A DNA stretch of 61,589 bases, filler included, from Deltaproteobacteria bacterium (GTDB lineage Bacteria > JAEEML01), in assembly GCA_016283195.1 (NCBI GenBank). It is 7 parts of 7 records of this genome, joined end to end, with 100 filler letters (N's around TTAATTAATTAA, not from the genome) between each part and the next. Parts side by side here need not be neighbours in the genome. Positions count along the whole stretch, not along the records: positions 45,773 to 52,209 come from JAEEML010000070.1; positions 52,310 to 61,589 come from JAEEML010000008.1; 5 more parts are not named here. One strand, written 5' to 3'. Shown here in pieces: positions 48,358 through 56,237 of this stretch (positions are counted from its first letter, which is position 1; each line of letters begins with the position of its first letter). The position numbers and the translations under genes are program-made. The notes beneath the pieces were generated by a model. The model worked only from the letters and a program-made list of their open reading frames with translations, was not told the DNA's origin and ran no database searches.

Positions 48358-49618
48358 CGCTCTCTTCCCTCGCTTGTTTAAAAGAGGCTTCGCGTTCACC
48401 GCGCGTCACCCCGGGAATATGAAAGGCGGTTTCCAGCTTAGGAATCACCAGGCGCACCACTTCTAAAGGCCAAGCGGGCATAGTGAGCCTGAAACCGGCC
48501 ACTTGATCTATTTTGGCTTTTTTGAGCTCGCAAAGAGCGTAGGCAATATCCTCCTCCACTGTCGGCTTTCCAAGCTGTTTTAAACTGCGCCCATCCAGGC
48601 ACCCCTGCCCGCCGGGGACAAAATATTCATCTAAAGCTTTCCAGAAAAAAGCGGTGAAATTATTCTCATATTTACTGCGCGTAATATCATCGCGCACGCC
48701 GCTGATGAGCGTCAGCCGCCCCTGAATGGCCTCGGTAACCGCCCGGCACATGGCATGGTAGGGATTATGATGAGTGCCGGAGCCAAAAAAACAGCTGCGC
48801 TGACTCAGAGGCCGAAAACAGCTATCTTCTTCAAAAAGGAGAGCTGTCATCGTATAAAGATTAATATCGCGGCTGACATTGACAATAACCACCTTGAGCC
48901 CGGCGGCAACAATTTTGTCCAGTAAGGCCCTTAAGGGCGGATATGCCAAAGTATCTAAATCGAGTTGATATTTTGGCCACTCATTAAGGGGCACAGTATC
49001 CATGAAAATAGTCCAGGCATCGCGCTCAATGAGCTCGCAAAGAGCGTGATAAGTGGCTTCCGGCAGTTTTGAGCCGCTGGCGAGGCCGTTGGAAGAGCGC
49101 ATAAAAGTTGCTGTTTCTCCCTCTAAAATCCGAAAATCAAGATTCACCGTCTCAAGAGGCGCCCAAATGCTTTTACCGCTAAAAAGCTCTTCCCCCCGGG
49201 CCCAGAGCATAACTTTATCAGGGCTCAAAAGAGCCTCTTTAAGGCGCGGTAATTCCAAGGGATTTATGGCCATTTCCCCGCGCGCCGAAAGCTCGTTATA
49301 ACTGGCTCTAAGAGTGGTGAGCGGCGCGCGTTCGGCCACATAAGCCTCAAGCGATTCCATAGCCGCCCCGATGCGCGCTTCCGCACTTAATACGCCCTTG
49401 CCCTGGCTCACCGTGAGCGAATAAGAATTTGGGCGCACCGCCATCCAAACCGGAATACCCACCCAATCAAGACCGGTAAGGTCAGCCACTCTGGTAATGC
49501 CGGCCAGCGGCAAAACCGGCTGGATACGCTGCCACATCTCCTCGGCTTCAAGCGCTCTCTCCGGGAAGCTAACCTCACGTTTTTCTTGGTGAAAATCCGG
49601 GCCACTGAATATCGTCAT
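48344..49618 (-). CDS. ycaO: YcaO-like protein (TfuA-associated thioamide synthetase type)
   Basis: GITRVADLTGLD..GIPV..AVRPNS..L.VSQGKG, MESLE, SSNGLASG, ELIERDA, EAIQGRLT.ISG.RDD; no PxP C-terminus. Confidence 0.95.
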   Translation of the reverse strand: MTIFSGPDFHQEKREVSFPERALEAEEMWQRIQPVLPLAGITRVADLTGLDWVGIPVWMAVRPNSYSLTVSQGKGVLSAEARIGAAMESLEAYVAERAPLTTLRASYNELSARGEMAINPLELPRLKEALLSPDKVMLWARGEELFSGKSIWAPLETVNLDFRILEGETATFMRSSNGLASGSKLPEATYHALCELIERDAWTIFMDTVPLNEWPKYQLDLDTLAYPPLRALLDKIVAAGLKVVIVNVSRDINLYTMTALLFEEDSCFRPLSQRSCFFGSGTHHNPYHAMCRAVTEAIQGRLTLISGVRDDITRSKYENNFTAFFWKALDEYFVPGGQGCLDGRSLKQLGKPTVEEDIAYALCELKKAKIDQVAGFRLTMPAWPLEVVRLVIPKLETAFHIPGVTRGEREASFKQAREESGAAG

Positions 49619-49626
49619 GGCTTTTC

Positions 49627-51450
49627 TTATTTAGTGCAATCAAAAGCAACCTTGGCTTTTTGCCCGGAGGTCACTGTGATATTTTTAGTTATTTTGCGCC
49701 CGTTTTCACATTCGGCTTTTACCTGATAATCACCGGCCGGCAGATTTTGATAGTTCGTTGGGGTATCATCTTTGCTCCCGGTACCAAGGGAAATCTTGGC
49801 CCAGGGATTGGCATTAACAAAGAGAGTTCCCTGGCCTTGCGGCAAAGTATATGTAGCGTCTTTACCGTTTTTAACAGTTACCTGAGCAGTGTGGCTGGTA
49901 CCTGTATCCGGCCGATAAAAGCGCAATTTATAATTACCGGGACTAAGTTCCAGATTACGCACCGGCACATTGCCGCGCTCGCGGCCGTTAATACTTAGGC
50001 GCCATTGTTTATCGGCACTAATAGTCAAATAGCCTTTGGGACTTTCGGCATGAGCTTTATGAGCCGCTTCTCCGGCGGCCGGAATTTCCGCTTTGGCGCC
50101 CTCTTGGGGCTCAGCCATCGGTGGTGCCGGAATAGCTGCCGGAGGTATTGGTTTTTCCTCCGGCCGGGCTGTTTGATCTACGGTTTTAGCTACCGCTGTT
50201 TTCGGCTCCTCCGGCAGCGGCTGAGCAGGCTTTTTTAAAGTGCCAAAAGCCAAAAAGAGCACGCAAACGGTAATAAGTGCCATCACAACTGCGCTGATCC
50301 AGAGAATCATGCGCATTTTGGGATCAACAACCTCTTCTTCCTCAATAATAACTTCGCTGCCCTCTGGAGTAATAACCCGGGTAGCGGTGGCTCCGGCACG
50401 GCGCTGAGCACTTAAGCCGCTGGGCACCGTGTCATCGGCAGAACGCCTGGGAGAGGGAGTGTGGCCGGCCAGGCTAATTGTAGAAGCTTGTTTGGCCATT
50501 TCTTCCAGCTTTTCCGGGCTATAAGGGTCGTCTTTTAATTTATCGGCAAAGAGCTCCTGCATATAAGAGCCCAGAGCCTGCGGCGAGGTGCTGCTGCCTT
50601 GATCTAAAATAAACTGCTCAAGATCATTAGCAAAATCATAAGCTGTGGCATAGCGGTCATCGGCTTTGGCCGCCAGGCTATGCATAACAATTTCTTCCAG
50701 ATCTTTGGGGTAACCGGGAATAATTTTGCTGGGCGGCGGCACCCTACAATTCATCACCGCATGGAGCGTCTCTATCTCATTTTCACGCTTAAAAAGGCGC
50801 TGGCCGGTAGTGATTTCATAAAGCACAATACCGGTAGCGAAAATATCACTGCGCCCGTCTATCGGCTTACCTTTGGCCTGTTCCGGGGACATATAACTAT
50901 ATTTGCCCTTAAGCACACCGGAACGCGTTTCGGTCATTTTGCCACGTGCTTTAGCCACGCCAAAATCCACAATTTTGGGGAAACCATTATAAGTTACCAA
51001 AATATTTTGCGGACTTATATCGCGGTGCACCAAACCCAGCGGCTTACCCATGGCATCACAGCTGGCATGAGCAAAACCGAGACCGTTGCAGGCTCCGTAA
51101 ATCATCTGTGCGGCATTGACATAAGGGATAATATGCCCTTTGGCCACTTCGGCATTATAGATTTGCCGCACATCTTCGCCTTTAATAAGCTCCATGGCGA
51201 TAAAATAGGAGCCTTCTATTTCCCCCAGCTCATAAATTTGCACAATATTTGGGTGATTGAGATTAGCGGCAATGCGGGCCTCATCCTGAAACATGGTAAT
51301 AAATTCGGAATGTTCCGTAAGGTGAGGCAAAATGCGCTTAATGCAAACCAGCCGCTCAAAACCGGCCAAACCGGTTTGCCTGGCCAAAAAGACTTCGGCC
51401 ATGCCTCCGGTGCCCAGTTTTTTTAAAAGTACATAATTACCAAACTGCAT
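49627..51450 (-). CDS. Hanks-type Ser/Thr protein kinase with TM helix and PEGA-like extracytoplasmic domains
   Basis: FGNY.L.KKLG.GGMAEVFLA, HRDISPQN, DFG.AK, KGK..YMSPEQ; TM helix; C-terminal PEGA-like repeats. Confidence 0.95.
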   Translation of the reverse strand: MQFGNYVLLKKLGTGGMAEVFLARQTGLAGFERLVCIKRILPHLTEHSEFITMFQDEARIAANLNHPNIVQIYELGEIEGSYFIAMELIKGEDVRQIYNAEVAKGHIIPYVNAAQMIYGACNGLGFAHASCDAMGKPLGLVHRDISPQNILVTYNGFPKIVDFGVAKARGKMTETRSGVLKGKYSYMSPEQAKGKPIDGRSDIFATGIVLYEITTGQRLFKRENEIETLHAVMNCRVPPPSKIIPGYPKDLEEIVMHSLAAKADDRYATAYDFANDLEQFILDQGSSTSPQALGSYMQELFADKLKDDPYSPEKLEEMAKQASTISLAGHTPSPRRSADDTVPSGLSAQRRAGATATRVITPEGSEVIIEEEEVVDPKMRMILWISAVVMALITVCVLFLAFGTLKKPAQPLPEEPKTAVAKTVDQTARPEEKPIPPAAIPAPPMAEPQEGAKAEIPAAGEAAHKAHAESPKGYLTISADKQWRLSINGRERGNVPVRNLELSPGNYKLRFYRPDTGTSHTAQVTVKNGKDATYTLPQGQGTLFVNANPWAKISLGTGSKDDTPTNYQNLPAGDYQVKAECENGRKITKNITVTSGQKAKVAFDCTK

Positions 51451-51465
51451 CTATTAGTATTCTTC

Positions 51466-52209
51466 CTAAGCGGCATCCTTAAACATATCTATCATCTTGC
51501 GCACTGTGTCGTCAAAGCTGTCACATTCATCGGTGCCCTGCTTCAAAAACGACTCAACTTCTTCAATTTTATCAATGGCATAATCAGTTTGCGGGTCGGT
51601 ACCGTATTGGTAAGCACCGAGCAAAATCAAATCGCGCTGTTTTTCATAAGTGGCTAAAACTTCGCGCAGTTTACCGGCCGCCTTTTTGTGCTCTTTGGTG
51701 ACAATGCCGCTCATAACACGGGAGAGTGAAGGCAAAACATCAATAGCCGGCCAGTGGTTACGGGCACCTAAAGCACGGTTTAAAATAATGTGACCATCCA
51801 AAATACCGCGCACTTCATCGGCGATAGGCTCTTCCATATCACCGCCCTGCACCAGAATGGTATAAAGAGCGGTAATAGAGCCGGTATCGCTGTTGCCGGT
51901 GCGCTCCATCAGGCGGGGAATCTGGGCAAAAACACTGGGCGGATAACCCTGTCTAGCCGGCGGCTCGCCGAGAGCCAAGCCGATTTCACGCTGGGCACGG
52001 GCAAAACGGGTGGAAGAATCCATCATAAAGAGCACTTTGTGGCCTCTATCGCGGAACCATTCGGCAATAGCCGTGCTGACAAAGGCGCTCTTTAAACGCA
52101 CCAGCGAGGGGGTATTGGAGGTAGCCACAACAACCACCGACTTTTTCATACCCTCTTCGCCCAAAGATTCTTCTATAAAATCACGAACTTCGCGGCCACG
52201 CTCACCAAT
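51466..52209 (-). CDS. sctN: Type III secretion ATPase (SctN/FliI family), 5' truncated
   Basis: [48 protein letters not shown]. Confidence 0.9.
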   Translation of the reverse strand: MGERGREVRDFIEESLGEEGMKKSVVVVATSNTPSLVRLKSAFVSTAIAEWFRDRGHKVLFMMDSSTRFARAQREIGLALGEPPARQGYPPSVFAQIPRLMERTGNSDTGSITALYTILVQGGDMEEPIADEVRGILDGHIILNRALGARNHWPAIDVLPSLSRVMSGIVTKEHKKAAGKLREVLATYEKQRDLILLGAYQYGTDPQTDYAIDKIEEVESFLKQGTDECDSFDDTVRKMIDMFKDAA

Positions 52210-52309
52210 NNNNNNNNNNNNNNNNNNNNNNNNNNNNNNNNNNNNNNNNNNNNTTAATTAATTAANNNNNNNNNNNNNNNNNNNNNNNNNNNNNNNNNNN
52301 NNNNNNNNN
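52210..52309. other. Artificial contig linker
   Basis: N44-TTAATTAATTAA-N44. Confidence 0.99.
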
Positions 52310-54097
52310 CACTTCATCCAGGCAGGAAGCAAAATAAGCCATAGCTTTGTCATAAGTGGCCGGGAGGGTGAGGTCAACTCCGGCTTTTTCCAAAAGTTTT
52401 TGCGGATAATCGCTGTCGCCGCTCTTTAGGAGGGTGAGGTAGCGGTCGCGGCCTTCTGATCCTTCCTCTTCCACCATTTCATTTAATACTACGGCCGAGA
52501 GAAAACCGGTGGCATATTGATACACATAAAAATCATAATAAAAATGCGGTATATAGGCCCACTCGTGGCTGATGACCTTATCAATGGCCGTAAGGCCCTC
52601 ACCGGCGCCGTAGTAGCGCGAGACCAGCTGATAATAGGTATCATCAAGCACCTCGGCAGTCAGCGGCTCACCGGCTTCGGCTTTTTCGTGGATACTGAGC
52701 TCAAATTCGGCAAACATGGCCTGGCGGAAGACGGTGGTGCGGAACGATTCCAAAACTTCACCCAAAAGGGCGAGGCGTTCGGCCGGGGCGCTGGCCTTCT
52801 TTAGAAGATGCTTTATCAGCATGAGCTCATTAAAAGTGGAGGCTATTTCTGCAATAAAAATAGAATATTGGCTCTCGTGATAGGGCCGCTCGCGGTTAGA
52901 ATAAAAGCTGTGCATGGCATGGCCGAATTCGTGAGCTACGGTGGAGACGGCATCGTAATCGCCAATATAATTTAAGAGCACATAGGGGTGCACATCGTAA
53001 GCCGAGCCGCTCATATAAGCGCCGCTTATTTTGCCCTGGTTGGGGTAAACATCTACCCAGCCGTTTTTGGGATCCAGCCCTTTGGCCAGTTCGGCCCCAT
53101 ATTCTTCGCCCAATGGTTTTAAGGCTTCCAGTATAATTTTGCAGCCTTCGGCATAAGAATAATGGCCCTGCGGCGGGGTGGCGATGGGCAGGTACAAATC
53201 GTGATAATTTAGCGTATTAAGTTTTAAAAGGCGCTTTCTGATTTTTAAATAGCGCTTTAAAAGCGGCAAATGGCGCCCGATGGCTGCTATCAGCTCTTTA
53301 TAAAGTTTGGGGCTGATGTTGTCGCTATCGAGAGCGGCGGCAATGGCGCTTTCATAATGGTGGGTTTTGGCAAAAAAGATGTTGGTTTGTAACTGGCTCA
53401 CCAGCATGGCGGCCATGGTATTGGCATAGCGCCCGTAAGTGCCAAAGATAGTTTCAAAAGCCTTTTGACGCACCTCCTGGCTTTGATGCAGGCGCAGCTG
53501 GGCAAAGAGCGGCTTGCTAAAGGGCATTTCCCGGCCATCGACGGTGATATTGGGGAAGGGCATTTCGCTATCGCTAAAGGTGCTGTAAATTTTATATGGC
53601 CCTTGAGCCAGGCGGCTGGCTTCGGCCAAAATGGCCTCTTCGCCGGCGGTGCCCACATGCGGGCGGTGGCGGCCGATATTTTCTAAATAGTGGCGGTAGG
53701 GTGCCGTTTCCGGGGCGCTCAAAAGCTCGTTAAATTTGGGCTCCGGAAGAGCGAGCAGGGCCGGTTCGATGGCTGAAGTGGCGCCGGCCAAAATGGTAAA
53801 GAGCTCGGTGGCGGTGCTTTCAAGTGCCTGGTTTTCATTATCTTTTAAATCCTGATGGGCCAGGCGCTCAGCATAAGAATGCAGGCGTTGCAGCCGTTTT
53901 TCGGCGGCAAAGAGCGTCTCAAACATGGCGGCCACTTTGGCCGGAGAAGCGGTAAATTGCGGTAATAATTTGCCAATTTTGGCTACTTCTTCTTTAAAAA
54001 TGGCAATATCTTTTTCCCAAGCCTCTTTACCAGCGTAAAGGTGCTCTACCTGCCAGTGGAAAGCGCTATCGCTCTCTTTTCTTGCCGGAATATCCAT
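52310..54097 (-). CDS. pepF: Oligoendopeptidase F (M3B), 3' truncated by a few codons
   Basis: GK.SGAY, HPYVLLNY, AHEFGHAMHS, AEIASTFNE, PHFYY.FYVYQYA. Confidence 0.95.
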
Positions 54098-54280
54098 TTA
54101 GTGACTCCTCCTTGGCACCGCCCGGGCCGGGCCGGCGCTTTCGGGGGCGACTTTAGCAGGGCGGATAAGATAATGCCAGGCTTATTCTTTGCTGTGAACA
54201 ATTATACCGGAAAGCGGCAGGGTGTATTTGAATTGGTCAGATTGATTGAAGGGCTGGGGCTAGCTGCCCCCGCGCCTGGC

Positions 54281-54994
54281 TTACGGAGCGTTCTTAATGC
54301 AGCGCACGGAGAAGGCGTAACTCTTTGGGGAGTTGTCCACGTAGGCATCGCCACCGCCTGTTGCGCCTGTCAGGCTTAGATTGTCGGCGCTATTGGTATC
54401 GCGCTCATACTCCGTGGCCGCCCAAAAGTAGGCATCAGATCCGAAATTTAGGTGAAGGCCATCGACGTAGTAGCCGGCGGGCAGGGCGCCAAAGCCGGTA
54501 TTATTGGTAATCAGCTCACCGTAATCGGCCCACACCGGGTTTTTGGCAGCTAAAGCTAAAAAAGCCGGATCAGGGGCTACAGGATCGGTAATATCTTCAT
54601 AACCTGCATAAGCTAGTAAATTGATAAAATCTGTTTTGGTGGGCAAATGCCAGCCTTGGGGGCACACTTTTATGGCATCTGCAAAGGTATAAAGGCAGCC
54701 ATAATGTTTAACAAAGTCAGCATCGGTATTGGTATCGGCATAGCAGGTAACAGAAGTGCCGTCTGTAGCCTGGTCGGTGGCCATATTTTTGGCCATCCAT
54801 ACTTGGCCGTTTATATTTACCGAATCAATTTTATCACCATCGCTACTCGCATCTTTGGCCTCGTCTGTTTTGCTATCACTCGGCTTTTGCGGCTCATTAC
54901 CGGGGGCCGGTTTTTCCTCTTCATGGTTACCGCAGCCTATGGCCAAAAAAATGACTAGCCCGGCAAAAAGAAAGAGATGTTTACATTTTTTCAT
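54281..54994 (-). CDS. Lipoprotein with Fibrobacter succinogenes major paralogous (FISUMP) domain
   Basis: Lipobox LAIGC; INGQVWMAKN, YG.LY, CPQGWHLPT, GF.ALPAG, FW..TE, FSVRCIK. Confidence 0.9.
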   Translation of the reverse strand: MKKCKHLFLFAGLVIFLAIGCGNHEEEKPAPGNEPQKPSDSKTDEAKDASSDGDKIDSVNINGQVWMAKNMATDQATDGTSVTCYADTNTDADFVKHYGCLYTFADAIKVCPQGWHLPTKTDFINLLAYAGYEDITDPVAPDPAFLALAAKNPVWADYGELITNNTGFGALPAGYYVDGLHLNFGSDAYFWAATEYERDTNSADNLSLTGATGGGDAYVDNSPKSYAFSVRCIKNAP

Positions 54995-55015
54995 AATATT
55001 TCTCCATGTGCTTCA

Positions 55016-55073
55016 CCTTAAAACCCAAACAAAAACAAGGAGAAGAGTAGCATAGTGGGAAAGGGATAGCAAG
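55016..55073 (-). repeat. 58-bp direct repeat, copy 1 (contains sigma70-like promoter on minus strand)
   Basis: CCTTAAAACCCAAACAAAAACAAGGAGAAGAGTAGCATAGTGGGAAAGGGATAGCAAG; minus strand reads TTGCTA-N17-TACTCT. Confidence 0.9.
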
Positions 55074-55094
55074 ATGAAAATGTGGTTAAAGTTA

Positions 55095-55961
55095 TTATGC
55101 GCCGGCCATGAGTTTCTGGAACTTGGCTTTGCTCACCCCGGCCTGCTCGGCAGCATCATCAATGGAAAGTAGGCCTTTTTTGACAAGACCGAAAAGAGTA
55201 TCAAAAATACCTTCCTTTCTCCCTTCCTTTCTCCCTTCAACTCTCCCTTCTTCTTTAAACAAGTTCATGGCTTCTGTTTCATTATATTCGGTGAGTAACA
55301 TGCCTTTTACCTCCGCTTGGTGAATCTCTAAAAATGGTTTTAAAATAAAATCACTTGGCATTTCACTTATAACTTTATTAACTGCCTCTTCGGCGCTCAT
55401 ACTTTTGCTATTTTCCCGAATTTTCTCGATAATCCAAGAATATTCCATAAGCGGTTTGCAAGCACGGGCCAAGTCTTTATTGTGGCCAAAGTTGATATTC
55501 AGCATTTTTACGGTGACTTCAATATCGGCCTTGGCCCCTTCCGGAAAAGCATCGGAAAGTTTTAAGAATTTTTCGTCCGGCTCTTCATCTTTGCCATTAT
55601 AAAAGACCACAAACTTGGGCACCGGTAATTTGATGAGCGTTGCGCCGTATTTATTAAGGCGCTCTTTTTTTACATAGGCTTCAAAAATATTGCCAACATA
55701 TTGCAAAAGCCTGAGCGGCATATTGGGGTTGTAGCTTGATTGCTGCTCGTAAAGACTCAGCTGGTTATCGATGATGAAGGAAACATCGTTGTGCATACCC
55801 AGGTAAAGGACTTCTTTGATGGTGGTAATTTCAATTTTGCTTGGGTCAGTATAATTAGAGCCGTTAACAGCATTATAAAGAGATAGCGTCCAAGCTCTAT
55901 TTTCATTTGAGCCAAAAATAAAAGTAAATAGGCGATCTTTATACTCTTTTTGCAAGGTCAT
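55095..55961 (-). CDS. Rpn-family recombination-promoting nuclease / PD-(D/E)XK putative transposase
   Basis: YKDRLF..IF, NDVSF, YEQQSS.NPNMPLR, FVVFYNG, C-terminal EG(R/x)xEG repeats. Confidence 0.85.
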   Translation of the reverse strand: MTLQKEYKDRLFTFIFGSNENRAWTLSLYNAVNGSNYTDPSKIEITTIKEVLYLGMHNDVSFIIDNQLSLYEQQSSYNPNMPLRLLQYVGNIFEAYVKKERLNKYGATLIKLPVPKFVVFYNGKDEEPDEKFLKLSDAFPEGAKADIEVTVKMLNINFGHNKDLARACKPLMEYSWIIEKIRENSKSMSAEEAVNKVISEMPSDFILKPFLEIHQAEVKGMLLTEYNETEAMNLFKEEGRVEGRKEGRKEGIFDTLFGLVKKGLLSIDDAAEQAGVSKAKFQKLMAGA

Positions 55962-56043
55962 GGTTGCCTCCGACTTGCAGAGGAATTATAGCACATTTGG
56001 AGATGAATAGCCAAGTGGACAAAACTGCACTTCATGTATCTAC

Positions 56044-56101
56044 CCTTAAAACACAAACAAAAACAAGGAGAAGAGTAGCATAGTGGGGAAGGGATAGCAA
56101 G
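56044..56101 (-). repeat. 58-bp direct repeat, copy 2
   Basis: Matches 55016-55073 with two mismatches. Confidence 0.9.
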
Positions 56102-56237
56102 GAGAAAACAAGCCAGCTGCCACCGTGCTCATCTTTCTTTGGTTTATTCTTCCTTTTGTCTATTCCCGCTTGACCCTAAAAGCTAAGAGAATTATTAAAG
56201 GGGCCACGGCTTTTGTGCCGCGTTTTAGGAGTGTTAT

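Noticed and set aside
11350-52309. Six copies of TTAATTAATTAA inside N runs as a biological repeat
   Set aside because: Identical 100-bp N44-12-N44 format with stops in all frames marks them as assembly linkers; cross-linker gene adjacency was not interpreted as synteny.
54110-54170. GC-rich stretch upstream of pepF as an ncRNA
   Set aside because: No match to tRNA, SRP, tmRNA or riboswitch consensus that I can recognise.
55016-56101. CRISPR array or IS terminal inverted repeats
   Set aside because: Only two copies, in direct orientation, 58 bp long and about 1 kb apart; no cas genes.
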